DNA of 52,598 nucleotides. Origin: a virus (Duplodnaviria > Caudoviricetes). The notes beneath the pieces are model-generated. The model was not told where the DNA came from, searched no databases, and was given only the letters and a program-made list of their open reading frames with translations. The stretch is from positions 1 through 52,598 of IMG/VR virus record IMGVR_UViG_3300036715_002741. One strand, 5' to 3'. Numbering within the stretch: position 1 is the stretch's first letter; each line of letters opens with the position of its first letter. Made by a program: the position numbers and the translations under genes. Positions 26,707-36,957 of the stretch are shown here, in pieces.

Positions 26707-28284
26707 TTAATTGTTTGCGGAAAACGAAACTTGCATTGTCATTCTTATAGCGCGCAATTGCGTTACAATTGGCAACAACATGCTAACACTTGCTAAACCT
26801 TGCTCTAAGTCGAGCTCGACCACCAAATTGTTTTTAAAGTATGTTAACCAATCAATCCCAGTCTGTGGGTCTTTACCAATGCGCACTAAAGCAACATTAC
26901 TAAGGTCAACATATAATCCAGTTAAGAACGCCGCTATTATTTGTTCGTTGGCCATGCTGTATCCTGGCTTGACATCCCCAGAAGTTAAACGGCTTTGGTC
27001 AAATCTTGCTCTTAGATTCACATAAAAATATTCACGGCAAGTAACCTCGGTATCTACGTATTCCAGATACTTAAAGCTTACGTCCTCATCTCCTGCGTGG
27101 TCTGTTTTATAAGTGGTAAGAGTTGTGCCCAACACTATTTGAGTGTTAGCAATGTTATTGCCAAGGACAGTTGCGCCAGCGGTGGTTAAGTCTGATAATT
27201 CATCATCGGTAAAGTTTTTACCAGTCTCTTCTAGCGGTAAAGTTGGAATTACAGTATTGAAATACGGCAAACTTGCAATATGCATTCCACCAAAAGCGTC
27301 TTTTGAGCCATAAGTAGCAGACACATATTGAGATATATTAGCGCCATCAGTTAAACGTAGTGCGCGAATTGCTGCAAATTGCGCGGCAACGATAGTGTCA
27401 ATCTCAAATATTCCAGGGGCAACATAAAAAGATGAAGGAGTATTTATTTTCTTTTCAGAAATTACAGCTAAGCATTGTGAGTTATCGGCATCAACATCTG
27501 ATTCGATATTAGCCGCAGAATCAACGATGCAACAAACACCAACGCCGTCAAGTATCTTTTTATTTACGTTAAATCTTGAATCAAGAAATGTTTTAACGAT
27601 TTCTTTAGCGTACGAAGGAAACACTATTGTTTGATATCTAGTGTCTCCTACTACATCAAACAAGGTTGTTAATATTGGGTTAGTTACACCACCAGCCATT
27701 CCGGTTAATACATAAGTTAACCCAGTAATTTCACCAGATATTGAAATACCAATGCTGTCTCCCCATGTCCCACCATGCACAGATGTTATCGCCACCGAAC
27801 CAGTAGTGTTTACTGCGGTAACTGGAGATGTTGCATCAGCTGTTATTGCTGAGACTAAAGCATTTCCAATTGTCGTAGCGGTTGAGGCAGAAGTTACACC
27901 TATTTCATAAACATGGTTTAATTTTGGCAAATTACCTTTTGAGCCTATTGTAACAACAATTGTTCCTGTAGCCGTTGGTGTACCAGAAAACACAATGCTC
28001 CCAGCGGCTTTAACACTAGCTTCTGCATCATCAAGCGGTATAGCATCAAATCTGGAAATTTTATTATGATACTTGGCGGCTCTAATCATTGTTGCAAGCA
28101 TGGAATTTTTGCCGAACAATGAATCTTGTTCGTTAGCATTTCCTATTTTCTCATATAACAACCCTGATGTTGCGCTTCCTGTGGACAGCATTTGCCCAAT
28201 AAATAATAATTTTTGTTGTTCGTTTTGCGCGCGATGAGTAGCTGGCAATAAACTGATTGATATATCTGGAACTCTAATTGTCAT
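26707..28284 (-). CDS. Tail sheath protein, Mu gpL-like
   Basis: LFIGQM, LFG.NSMLA.M, TTYKTD.AG.ED.SF. Confidence 0.85.
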   Translation of the reverse strand: MTIRVPDISISLLPATHRAQNEQQKLLFIGQMLSTGSATSGLLYEKIGNANEQDSLFGKNSMLATMIRAAKYHNKISRFDAIPLDDAEASVKAAGSIVFSGTPTATGTIVVTIGSKGNLPKLNHVYEIGVTSASTATTIGNALVSAITADATSPVTAVNTTGSVAITSVHGGTWGDSIGISISGEITGLTYVLTGMAGGVTNPILTTLFDVVGDTRYQTIVFPSYAKEIVKTFLDSRFNVNKKILDGVGVCCIVDSAANIESDVDADNSQCLAVISEKKINTPSSFYVAPGIFEIDTIVAAQFAAIRALRLTDGANISQYVSATYGSKDAFGGMHIASLPYFNTVIPTLPLEETGKNFTDDELSDLTTAGATVLGNNIANTQIVLGTTLTTYKTDHAGDEDVSFKYLEYVDTEVTCREYFYVNLRARFDQSRLTSGDVKPGYSMANEQIIAAFLTGLYVDLSNVALVRIGKDPQTGIDWLTYFKNNLVVELDLEQGLASVSMLLPIVTQLRAIRMTMQVSFSANN

Positions 28285-28298
28285 AATATGCCTCTTTT

Positions 28299-29393
28299 TT
28301 AAGGTAAAGGTTGTTCGTCTAAATCTACTAATGTGTGCATCAATTCATTATTTTTAGAATTCAAATAACTATTGAAATGCAAATCTATGTCTCTAAATGC
28401 CACGCTCTCATCGTCATAGGCGCCATCATCTTTAGACAAATCGTAAACCGATTGATATCTAAATTCGTGCACATAACGCGCTACATCGTATGCATACATA
28501 CTATGAGATTCAAAAGCTACTCCCGTAACAGACTGCATAGAAGAATCGCTCGGAAACTTGTAAAATAAAATACTTTTATTTATTGCGCTAAATACAGCCT
28601 CCATCCCATCCCTAATAGTCATCGCTGTTAAATATTCCGATGCTGGAGCAACCACAAAAATACTAAATGGGTCTATAACCCGAATTCTCGAATCATTTAC
28701 GGCTGCTGTGCTTGTTGAAATAGCATCAGACATTGTGAACCTATCTTTGCTTGCGCTAGCGCCACCCATAATCACTACCATGTAAAACTTATTAGGATTT
28801 TGCTTAGAGTATGAATCAAAAAACCTTTCCATCGTTACATCACCAGTGATGGAAATTTCTTTGCGCAACTTTACGCTTCCTAGCGCTGGGCTTTCTGGCG
28901 CGCTTTTAATCTTAAAAGTAAAACTATAATCATCAATGATTGAATCGACTATATGCAATCCGTTATAGCCATGAGTTATATCTTCAATCATTTTTATATC
29001 GCCGGTAGCTGGCGTAATTGGATTGCCGGAAACCTCGAAAATAAAGCTACGTCTATTTGGCACACCTTTTAATTTGTGCGCCCCGTTATATGCGTTTTGC
29101 ACGGCGCCATTTAACGTAATGGTCTCCTGCCAACCCAATGTTAAGTCATGGTTGCTCATGGTCGTAGCAAGAGCTAAGTTACCGTCTCTATTAATTGACT
29201 CAATCGTTATTGGAGTTAAAGCCCCACTTATAAAAACATCTACACCAATTTTCAAATTATGTTTAGTAGCGCAAACACATGTAACCACTCCATTAACGCA
29301 AGTCAAAGAAGTAACATTAAGTTCATCACAAAACAAACTTGTGTGTCTTGGTATTACTTGCCGTAATCTGTTAATTACATCAGTTGCTTTCAT
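28299..29393 (-). CDS. Tail terminator/neck protein with two nested FCCH-like beta domains
   Basis: Position before the sheath; H.L..G...ISGA...YNG...SF.F repeats. Confidence 0.6.
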   Translation of the reverse strand: MKATDVINRLRQVIPRHTSLFCDELNVTSLTCVNGVVTCVCATKHNLKIGVDVFISGALTPITIESINRDGNLALATTMSNHDLTLGWQETITLNGAVQNAYNGAHKLKGVPNRRSFIFEVSGNPITPATGDIKMIEDITHGYNGLHIVDSIIDDYSFTFKIKSAPESPALGSVKLRKEISITGDVTMERFFDSYSKQNPNKFYMVVIMGGASASKDRFTMSDAISTSTAAVNDSRIRVIDPFSIFVVAPASEYLTAMTIRDGMEAVFSAINKSILFYKFPSDSSMQSVTGVAFESHSMYAYDVARYVHEFRYQSVYDLSKDDGAYDDESVAFRDIDLHFNSYLNSKNNELMHTLVDLDEQPLP

Positions 29394-29893
29394 TTTTTAA
29401 TCGCCTGATTAATCGCATTCTCAAATTTACGCTGAATGTCCATTTGATTCTTTTTGTATGCTGCACTCAAAAAGGGTCTGGGTTTAATATTTTTTGATCC
29501 TTGACCAGTCATTGAGCCTAAATCGCCATATTCCAAATATTTTGCATAACTTGCATCAGCTCTTGATAAATCAATTCCGAACGACATTTGATCACCACCG
29601 CTAACTGTAAAATTTATACTCTTTCTTAGTTTTCCCGTTACAACCGCTGGAGCCTCACCAGGGGCAGAAGCTGTATAATATTTAGGCTTTTTAAGCCTTC
29701 CACTTGCTCCAGAATACTTTTTATATTGCCTGCCACTCTTTGGCTGTTTATTTATCTCGTCCTTAGCATCCTTAACTAAGGTTTTCCCGATCTCGTAAAA
29801 TGTTTTTCTTACCGCCTGTTTTTCAACATTAGCCAAATTTTTTATATTTAACACTATATGTGCAACATTAGCTTTTGGTGTTAATGAAAACAT
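29390..29893 (-). CDS. HK97 gp10-like tail completion protein
   Basis: ASAPGEAPAV.TG.LR.SI, YAKYLEYG, PRPFL. Confidence 0.8.
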   Translation of the reverse strand: MFSLTPKANVAHIVLNIKNLANVEKQAVRKTFYEIGKTLVKDAKDEINKQPKSGRQYKKYSGASGRLKKPKYYTASAPGEAPAVVTGKLRKSINFTVSGGDQMSFGIDLSRADASYAKYLEYGDLGSMTGQGSKNIKPRPFLSAAYKKNQMDIQRKFENAINQAIKK

Positions 29894-29896
29894 ATT

Positions 29897-30286
29897 TTAT
29901 GCCTCATTAGCTGGCATTAACTGAGAACCCCTTAAATTACAATGCAAAATCTGAAATCTTTTTTCCTCGTTTAAATCTTCCACTTTTACTATGTCGTAAT
30001 AATTATTTTTATATGAAACCCAGTATTCTTGCGTTACAAATGGTAAATATCTAATCAACAACTTGTGAGTTATCGTCTTGTCCATGTTTACGGAGTCGAA
30101 AATAACTACCCCGACAACTGTTTCAATCGACGCCCACACAACAATTTTTTTCTTAAAGTCTAAACTATAATTACCAGTATCATCCGTTGGTGCCTTTATC
30201 GATCTATCATAAATCGCCACACGATGGGTCATGTCCCCAATATTAGGCATTACGTACTTTCTATGCTTATAAATAAGTTGCGGCAT
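29897..30286 (-). CDS. Head-tail adaptor (SPP1 gp16-like stopper)
   Basis: IGDM.HRV.I, VWASIE, THK..IRY. Confidence 0.8.
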   Translation of the reverse strand: MPQLIYKHRKYVMPNIGDMTHRVAIYDRSIKAPTDDTGNYSLDFKKKIVVWASIETVVGVVIFDSVNMDKTITHKLLIRYLPFVTQEYWVSYKNNYYDIVKVEDLNEEKRFQILHCNLRGSQLMPANEA

Positions 30287-30911
30287 TTAGAGACACCACT
30301 TTAAAGTGTTTAAAATAGCCATCCTTAACCATAGACGGTATTTCATCAACTGGACAATTACCTTTGTTCTCAAATAACCAGCTAACATGCTGACACAATA
30401 ACAATCTTAACGCTGCAGGAACACTGTTTTTTGTTTCTCCGTAACCTGCAGTAAATTCAATTTGTATGCAATTTTGCTGATCAATTACATCGTCCGGAAA
30501 CTGCTGGTCATTCTTGATAATAATTTTACTGTATGGATCGCTTACTTTTACGTAATAGCATTCCATGGGAACGTCAACCAATACATTGTCAAAATTCATA
30601 TACTTGAAAGAATTAACCACAGCATTAGTGCCGCGCTTTAATTCAAAAAATTCTAGCGGTGAATCTCTGAACGTTCTCCACTTCTGATTAATAAAACTTC
30701 TATTTGTAAATCTTTCGGCCGCATCAACCGCTGCATCAATGAGTAAATTAATATAATTTTCTTGGCATTCGTCCATAAAATCTATTTTCAAGTGCGATTT
30801 CAAATCAGCCACATCTATTGGACGTACAGTCCTAGCCAAAATAGGCAAATATGTATAAGCCCTTGCTTTATACATCGTTTGATTATAGTTGGATGTGAAG
30901 CCCAAGCTCAT
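30267..30911 (-). CDS. Head-tail connector (HK97 gp6-like)
   Basis: LKSHLKID, LI.AA...AE.FT.R, F.AGYG....VP. Confidence 0.85.
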   Translation of the reverse strand: MSLGFTSNYNQTMYKARAYTYLPILARTVRPIDVADLKSHLKIDFMDECQENYINLLIDAAVDAAERFTNRSFINQKWRTFRDSPLEFFELKRGTNAVVNSFKYMNFDNVLVDVPMECYYVKVSDPYSKIIIKNDQQFPDDVIDQQNCIQIEFTAGYGETKNSVPAALRLLLCQHVSWLFENKGNCPVDEIPSMVKDGYFKHFKVVSLNAATYL

Positions 30912-31273
30912 CGTATTATGTCCTGCACTATGTTTATTGTGTTGGTCTCAACCACCATATCAAACGTTTCTTTTATAACCACCTCTTGCACTACAGCGCC
31001 CCATTCAATCTGTAAAGCCATATAATAAATTCCCGCCAATAAAGTCGTATTTAAAGCGGTTAACGCCACCCTTATATTCCCCGTGGCAGGCTCATTAACT
31101 GTTACGCCATTACCCAAGCTCTTAGAGATTTTAGCCGCCGTATCAGCGTCTGTTTCATTAACTTTAACCATAAACTTAATGGCGGTTGCCTCGGCTAAAT
31201 TACTAATGAGTGAACCATTAGTGTCTTGCACCGTAAACAACAAATTAATAGAGTTTGCAGCTTTGATTTTCAT
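30908..31273 (-). CDS. BppU-like Ig-fold structural protein
   Basis: TG.I.V.LT..T.L.AG.YY..Q pattern. Confidence 0.55.
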   Translation of the reverse strand: MKIKAANSINLLFTVQDTNGSLISNLAEATAIKFMVKVNETDADTAAKISKSLGNGVTVNEPATGNIRVALTALNTTLLAGIYYMALQIEWGAVVQEVVIKETFDMVVETNTINIVQDIIR

Positions 31274-31374
31274 TGCGCAGCTACCGCTTTAACTTCCGCA
31301 ATTAACGGATAAACCACAAGCACAACCACAGCGTTAGATTGAACCCCACCAGTCATTAAAGACAATGGATTCAT
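31270..31374 (-). CDS. Small coupled ORF (34 aa)
   Basis: MNPLSLMTGG...; ATGA overlaps at both ends. Confidence 0.4.
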   Translation of the reverse strand: MNPLSLMTGGVQSNAVVVLVVYPLIAEVKAVAAQ

Positions 31375-31811
31375 AGCTTCACCGTTTTATAAGTGGTGAC
31401 TTTCCCAAGAACTTCGGTAGACGTCATCAAGTAAGTTTCTAATACGTTTTGATCGGTGCCAACGCTTGCAGAATCTGAATAAATTCTAATCCTGCTGGAT
31501 ATCAAAACGTTATTAGCGGAATAAACAGGCTGATCTATATAAACATTACTATACATAGACTTAGTAACGTCCAATAATTCAGCCATATTTATATTTGCCT
31601 CTATAGGGTCTGCCGCAACTGTTATACTCTCAACCTTACCTCTATAACCAGCAACTTCCACCGTTGGATAAAAAGTCCCAGTCGCATAACTGTGTGTAAA
31701 TGGGCTATTTTCCAACGATGAAGCGTCGCCATTCGCTGGATTAAAAACTATAGAACACAAATGATCGCCAGTTATAATGTCTTTGATATTAAATGTAACA
31801 GTTACGCTCAT
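31371..31811 (-). CDS. Putative virion structural protein
   Basis: PKD/Ig-like FTHSYATGTFYPTV segment; AGGAG RBS. Confidence 0.55.
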   Translation of the reverse strand: MSVTVTFNIKDIITGDHLCSIVFNPANGDASSLENSPFTHSYATGTFYPTVEVAGYRGKVESITVAADPIEANINMAELLDVTKSMYSNVYIDQPVYSANNVLISSRIRIYSDSASVGTDQNVLETYLMTSTEVLGKVTTYKTVKL

Positions 31812-31813
31812 GT

Positions 31814-32047
31814 TTATGTCTCTTTTTTAGGACGACCACGTTGCTTTTGCTTATACGATATTTCAAGCATTTTGTGTTCAGCATCGAAGATTTTTGCATC
31901 TTTGGGCTTGGATATTTCTTCAGCCAAACCCAAATCAATTAATTTCAAAGCATCTTCATCGCTTAAATCAGTAATTTGATTAATATGAAATGATGCCATG
32001 TTGCCTTCTATTTTTTCCACAAAATATGTTAAGCATTTAATCTTCAT
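31814..32047 (-). CDS. Head-associated small protein (FI/Gp19-like)
   Basis: A.KLI..GLAE motif and RGRPKK tail, common after capsid genes. Confidence 0.6.
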   Translation of the reverse strand: MKIKCLTYFVEKIEGNMASFHINQITDLSDEDALKLIDLGLAEEISKPKDAKIFDAEHKMLEISYKQKQRGRPKKET

Positions 32048-32061
32048 AAAATAGTATTACC

Positions 32062-32478
32062 TTAAGTTAAAGAATCAACTCCAACGCTTACTGGTCTACC
32101 TAATATAGCAGCAGCATATAATTCGCCAGTTGCTCCGCCAGTAGTAACTATGCTTAATTTGACATAACGCTTTTTACCGTTATATCCAATTTTTTTAAAT
32201 ACCCCATTTTGCGGAGCGACCAGAATAGCATCAGCTATTGACCCCAAAATAAAATCTGTGGGTACCGCCTCGGCATCAGCCAAAAGAGCGTCATCGCCAT
32301 GCTGAAGCATTGGAGTAAATGTACCAGCAGATAGGGTGTCAGCGTGGATAACATATTCTAAGCCCTCAAATCCATTAGTATCATTAATTACACCATGGAT
32401 AGTAGTGTCACTCGTTACATTTTGAGGAGCAATTGATTGTTGTGGGGCTAAAAGTGTGTGTAAATCTATTTGTGCCAT
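32062..32478 (-). CDS. Capsid decoration/cement protein
   Basis: DT.GFE, IGY.GKKRYV motifs; follows the major capsid gene. Confidence 0.65.
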   Translation of the reverse strand: MAQIDLHTLLAPQQSIAPQNVTSDTTIHGVINDTNGFEGLEYVIHADTLSAGTFTPMLQHGDDALLADAEAVPTDFILGSIADAILVAPQNGVFKKIGYNGKKRYVKLSIVTTGGATGELYAAAILGRPVSVGVDSLT

Positions 32479-32513
32479 TTTTAATTACCTCTATTATTTT
32501 AAATTAAATCAAA

Positions 32514-32535
32514 CCCCACCATTTTTCAGGTGGGG
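32514..32535 (-). terminator. Terminator-like hairpin after the major capsid gene
   Basis: CCCCACC-TGAAAAAT-GGTGGGG then TTTGATTT. Confidence 0.55.
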
Positions 32536-32555
32536 ATGTTTTCCTGTTATCTATA

Positions 32556-33797
32556 TTAAGCGTGACATTGCAATTTTTTGATTGCTTCTGCTTTAACGAC
32601 ATTGCCGCCCATATATTTATGGAAGAAGAACTTAATTATTCTCCCACTTGCAGCTGTAACTTCATCGCGGATTAAATACATGCCAAAACGGTCAACGATT
32701 CTATAGGCTTCTTTGAAATCTCCAAGAGCTACAGGAAATTTATTAGCCCCAATATCGTCCATATCGATTACGCTAACATATGGGAGACCACATAATTTTG
32801 ACGGAACTCCTTCGCCCACCGAACCTTCTTGCCACAAATATTGTCCAATAGTGTTTTTAAGGGTAGATAAGTAAGCAATTGTGCGACGATTCAAAATAAA
32901 CGTAGGGTTATATCCGACTTTCAATTCTCCAACCAACTTTTTAATAGAGTTGAAAGTAATACCTGTGGCATCTCCGGTATAAGTTATACCTACGTCGCTA
33001 TTAAGCATTAAGCCATGAGGAGATTTAACGCCAGTTCCTTGCAATACGGCCAAACCTTCTGCTCTAGCATATTGTAAAGCAGTATCGCTAGTAATTTCGG
33101 CCTCCATGTCATAATAACCATTATTTAGCATTTCATATGTTATGTGATGTTCGGCGGTCAATGCGTTAGTGAAAATCTCGATATTACCGTATTTGGAGTT
33201 ACTTTCTACGCTTGCTTGTGCTTCGCCTTCAAAATAAGCTGTTCCCAAAGAATTACGTACTGGGATATTGATAGACTTACTACCAATAGTAGTAACGCGA
33301 CATAGTTGACGCATTGGGCTAACTTCAACGATTTTCTTAGCAATCATGCTGTCCCATTCAGGTGGGCATAAAAAACCACCGTCTACATTACTATCAGTGC
33401 GGTAATATTTACGTTCTGCATCATTAGCCATAAAACCAGCTTTAATCATGTCATTAGCCTCAGCAAACTTAAGTGATGCCTGTAATTTATCTTGAGTCAT
33501 AATTGCGTCCATGAAAGACTTGTAACCATCCGACTTTACAACGGTGCCATTACCATTTGGACGATAAAATTTGGTTTCCATTTCTTCGATCTTTTTGCCC
33601 AATTCTTTCTCGGCGTTTTGCTGAGCGACAAGTTTAGTCGCTAATTCATTTTGTTTGACTTCGGCCGCGGCAAAATCACCAGACAATTTTTCGAATTTTT
33701 CTTTGTATTCTGCGCTATCTTTAGACTTTGTTTCTACGAGGGCTCGTAATTCCTCAACAACTTTGCCTACTTCTTCGTGTGTTTTAACTTCTGACAT
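32556..33797 (-). CDS. Major capsid protein, HK97 family
   Basis: Coiled-coil delta domain; DGGFLCP, SPMRQ, G.G..P.G, G.YLWQ, GDF..AY.IVDR. Confidence 0.95.
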   Translation of the reverse strand: MSEVKTHEEVGKVVEELRALVETKSKDSAEYKEKFEKLSGDFAAAEVKQNELATKLVAQQNAEKELGKKIEEMETKFYRPNGNGTVVKSDGYKSFMDAIMTQDKLQASLKFAEANDMIKAGFMANDAERKYYRTDSNVDGGFLCPPEWDSMIAKKIVEVSPMRQLCRVTTIGSKSINIPVRNSLGTAYFEGEAQASVESNSKYGNIEIFTNALTAEHHITYEMLNNGYYDMEAEITSDTALQYARAEGLAVLQGTGVKSPHGLMLNSDVGITYTGDATGITFNSIKKLVGELKVGYNPTFILNRRTIAYLSTLKNTIGQYLWQEGSVGEGVPSKLCGLPYVSVIDMDDIGANKFPVALGDFKEAYRIVDRFGMYLIRDEVTAASGRIIKFFFHKYMGGNVVKAEAIKKLQCHA

Positions 33798-33808
33798 TTT
33801 TAATACCT

Positions 33809-34567
33809 CTATAATTGGTTTAATAGTTGCGTTAACTCTGTTAAATGAGTTAAGCCGTTATGTTTGTTGTCGATACTTTCGGACTCACTCCGAGCTTTTT
33901 CGACGAATCTTGCTGCTAAGAAAGTAGCCGCCTCTTTTGAAAACGCGCCTGACTCTCTCAGGATGTTTTCGTAATCTTTTTTAGTAATGATGTTTTGTAA
34001 ATCTGTAACGCTGTAAAATTTATGCTTTCTAACGCCTTTTACTTCTGTTATTTGCGCGCTGCTATTAGCAGGCTCTCCCACAATAGAGGTTTCCCACAAC
34101 CCCAGGTCTTTTAAGCATCTAACCCCGTCTGATTGATAGTCGTAATCATTGGTTGAAAATCCTATTGACATATCACTCAATACGCCTTGTTTGGCTAACT
34201 CATAAACTTCACTGCCGCGCTGTACCTTAGTGTTAACGTCCATAGTCACAAACAATCCCTTTTGATCACTCTCAATATTTTCCGGTCTAATGCCACCAAT
34301 GGGTAGTTCTGATGTGTTGTGTTGGTAATAAACTTTAACTTGTCTATTCTTGTTTTTGTAATCCTGTATCGATTTATCGAATGCCCCAGCAAGGATTACA
34401 TCACCTACCCTATCTACATTCCCGTAAGTAGATGCGTAACCTTTGATAACACCGAAAGGATTGCCGTTAGATAAAACACTTTTAGTTTCGCAAATTTCAA
34501 ATGAAAATGTTTTATATTCAATCTTATTCTCGCTCTTCTTCGCGATCTGTTCGCTCTTTTCAGACAT
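33809..34567 (-). CDS. HK97 prohead protease (S78)
   Basis: GYAS.YG.VD..GD...GAF, YQH, MSIGF, L.E.S.V..PAN..A. Confidence 0.95.
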   Translation of the reverse strand: MSEKSEQIAKKSENKIEYKTFSFEICETKSVLSNGNPFGVIKGYASTYGNVDRVGDVILAGAFDKSIQDYKNKNRQVKVYYQHNTSELPIGGIRPENIESDQKGLFVTMDVNTKVQRGSEVYELAKQGVLSDMSIGFSTNDYDYQSDGVRCLKDLGLWETSIVGEPANSSAQITEVKGVRKHKFYSVTDLQNIITKKDYENILRESGAFSKEAATFLAARFVEKARSESESIDNKHNGLTHLTELTQLLNQL

Positions 34568-34784
34568 AGATTAGCCCTAACGGTTAATTAAATTAATGTC
34601 ATCATTTTAGAACACTTATTAATCAAATGAAAGCATTTTAACTTATAAAAACAATATATTTTGCATTATTATATTTTTAGTTTATATTAGTTTATATATG
34701 GCTTTATTAGTTTATGCTGGTTTTTATTGATTGACTTTTGACGGGAAATGCTGTTAAATGAAGGTATGAATAAAATTCAATTTT

Positions 34785-35048
34785 ATGCAAACTAATGAGA
34801 AAAAACATATGACCAGTTTATATCGTAAAATTTTATCGTTTATTATTTCTTTGCCTGCCAATAAGCAAAAACATACGTCTCCACTTTGCGCAACAGGAAA
34901 ATACCTTGATAACTGGGCTTGTTATTATGGATTATCGAGGAAGACAGAAAGTGATAGCGACTTAAGAGCAAGATTAATGCAAAAAATCATAAATCCCTTA
35001 AATCATTCTTTAGAAACAAAAAACAAAAATATGGAAAACAACAAATGA
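34785..35048 (+). CDS. Small protein resembling a baseplate wedge fragment
   Basis: ATGKYLDNWA.YYGL.R..ESDSDLRARL. Confidence 0.55.
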   Translation: MQTNEKKHMTSLYRKILSFIISLPANKQKHTSPLCATGKYLDNWACYYGLSRKTESDSDLRARLMQKIINPLNHSLETKNKNMENNK

Positions 35049-35227
35049 CCAATGAGAAAACCCGCTTCATCCGCATAGGTGAAGTTAAGCGCCTAACCAC
35101 CCTTAGTATAACTACAATTAGACGCCTAGAACTACAGGGTAAATTCCCCAAGCGTCGCAAACTAGCTGAGAAAGTGGCTGCTTGGGATTATCAAGAGGTG
35201 GTGAACTGGATGGAGAGCAAGAAATAA
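35045..35227 (+). CDS. AlpA family transcriptional regulator
   Basis: RFIRIGEV...T.LS.TTI.R....G.FPK...L....AW...EV..W. Confidence 0.9.
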   Translation: MTNEKTRFIRIGEVKRLTTLSITTIRRLELQGKFPKRRKLAEKVAAWDYQEVVNWMESKK

Positions 35228-35482
35228 TGCCTCGTTTAATTCAAAAAACGCATGATATATTCTTATCAAACAGAATAAGAAAAATAGAACTATCCAATTT
35301 AAAAAATACTAAAACAAATGAAATAACCGGGTAAATGCGCGGAGAAAAACAATGCCAAGCAATAAACTTAGTAATCCTCCTGAGAGACTACCCTTAAATA
35401 GTATAAATAAAATTAAGACGAATGTCTGTGGATACAATAAAAGTTAACTGTAAGCTTTCTTTTAATAACGAGGACAAATAAT

Positions 35483-35680
35483 ATGAATTATAGTAATAAA
35501 ACAGAAATACAAATAGGCGGAGAAGTGGTTAAATCAGTGTCGGGAGACATATCATTTTCTTCCCCTATCTCAGAAGAAAAACCTTTTCTTGTAATAGAAA
35601 TACCCTTGAAAAGAAAAGAACTTATTAAGCACTTAAATCTGACCAAACAAGAACTTGAGGAGTTACTAAATGAAAAATAA
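35483..35680 (+). CDS. Hypothetical protein
   Basis: GAGGA RBS; 65 aa. Confidence 0.6.
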   Translation: MNYSNKTEIQIGGEVVKSVSGDISFSSPISEEKPFLVIEIPLKRKELIKHLNLTKQELEELLNEK

Positions 35681-36407
35681 GATTGAAAAGCTTAACGCTA
35701 AAATATTTAAAGCAGCTATTCATCCAAATGATTATGTTGACATAATTCTTGTTGACGGCTGCGAGGAAGAATTAACTTGCTTAAAAAAAATCTGCGATAC
35801 TGTTGATAAACTGATCATAGCACATGAATATTCGCAAATGGACATTTCAGAACTAGGAAATAGAAACGTGGAAAACGCATATGAGCACTCCGACATGAAT
35901 AGACGATTCAATAAACTTCAAGAGAGCATTGATATACATAGAGAGCGTTTAAGAAAGCTTGAAAAGAAAAATTTAGTTAAAGAAGAGCAAGAACAACCTG
36001 ACAAAACAACTGGGCGAAAAGGTTGCTCAATTATCATGGATGACCCATTGCAGTACAAAGAGATTCTTGAAATTGCAGAAAAAAAGAGCGTGGAGAACTT
36101 AGAATTAAAAGAAAAAATATCTTTTTTCGAGGCAGAAAATGCTTTGTTAAGATCTGGACTTATATCATATCATTTATCGAGCTTGTTTTTAAAGAAAGTT
36201 AATTTTGAAGACACTGAGGAACAGAAATGGTATTTGATTAAAACAAAATCAGGTTATTTCGCAGGGCAATCTCTCTTCCCTGCCCTCCCAGGAGATATTT
36301 TAGTTTTGGATTACAAAGATGAAAATGATGAAGAAAATGTTTTTGAAGGAGTTTTTTATAATGAAGATATAATTTCTATATGGGAACTTCCAAATGACCA
36401 CGATTAA
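35670..36407 (+). CDS. Mosaic coiled-coil hypothetical protein
   Basis: GAGGAG RBS; paralogous to 2086-2613. Confidence 0.7.
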   Translation: MKNKIEKLNAKIFKAAIHPNDYVDIILVDGCEEELTCLKKICDTVDKLIIAHEYSQMDISELGNRNVENAYEHSDMNRRFNKLQESIDIHRERLRKLEKKNLVKEEQEQPDKTTGRKGCSIIMDDPLQYKEILEIAEKKSVENLELKEKISFFEAENALLRSGLISYHLSSLFLKKVNFEDTEEQKWYLIKTKSGYFAGQSLFPALPGDILVLDYKDENDEENVFEGVFYNEDIISIWELPNDHD

Positions 36408-36786
36408 AGATGTAAAACACGATTTGCACCGGTTTTGCAATAATAAATTCTACGAAACACCTAATCTTAATTTTACGGAATTATCGCGCATTTTATTTGA
36501 TATTTGCGATCAAATAGAAGTAACGCAAGACAAATTGTTGTTGTCTGAAAAAGAAAAAGATCAATCTGTTAATCCATCCCCAAGAAAAGAACCATTAGCT
36601 TTCGCATATAAATCAAATAAATATCAACCTACGGATCACGAGCAACATATTGAAAATTTACAAAAAGAGATAGTTAAATTATACAATCAAATGGAATCTA
36701 TAAGTTACAAAGATATAGTTACCATGAATTTAAGATCATGGGGTTTTTTTGAGGCAATCAAACATTGGTTGAAAGTTAAAAAATGA
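36394..36786 (+). CDS. Hypothetical protein
   Basis: 130-aa coupled ORF. Confidence 0.6.
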   Translation: MTTIKDVKHDLHRFCNNKFYETPNLNFTELSRILFDICDQIEVTQDKLLLSEKEKDQSVNPSPRKEPLAFAYKSNKYQPTDHEQHIENLQKEIVKLYNQMESISYKDIVTMNLRSWGFFEAIKHWLKVKK

Positions 36787-36947
36787 AAATTATAATTACA
36801 ATCTCATTATTAGCATCAATATTCGCGTTTATTTTCATCTCATCTTATACCAATTGTTACTTTTCTCCCCGTTTGACTAATGGGTATACCTCAAGATGTT
36901 ATCCTTCCGCAATAACCAAAATCAAAATAGATCAATACGCATTATGA
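36783..36947 (+). CDS. Small secreted/membrane peptide (54 aa)
   Basis: MKIIITISLLASIFAFIFISS...; ATGA overlap. Confidence 0.45.
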   Translation: MKIIITISLLASIFAFIFISSYTNCYFSPRLTNGYTSRCYPSAITKIKIDQYAL

Positions 36948-36957
36948 TGGGGAGCAA

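Noticed and set aside
10534-33927. Many + strand ORFs of 60-125 aa opposite structural genes
   Set aside because: Antisense shadows of well-supported genes, without RBS or recognisable motifs.
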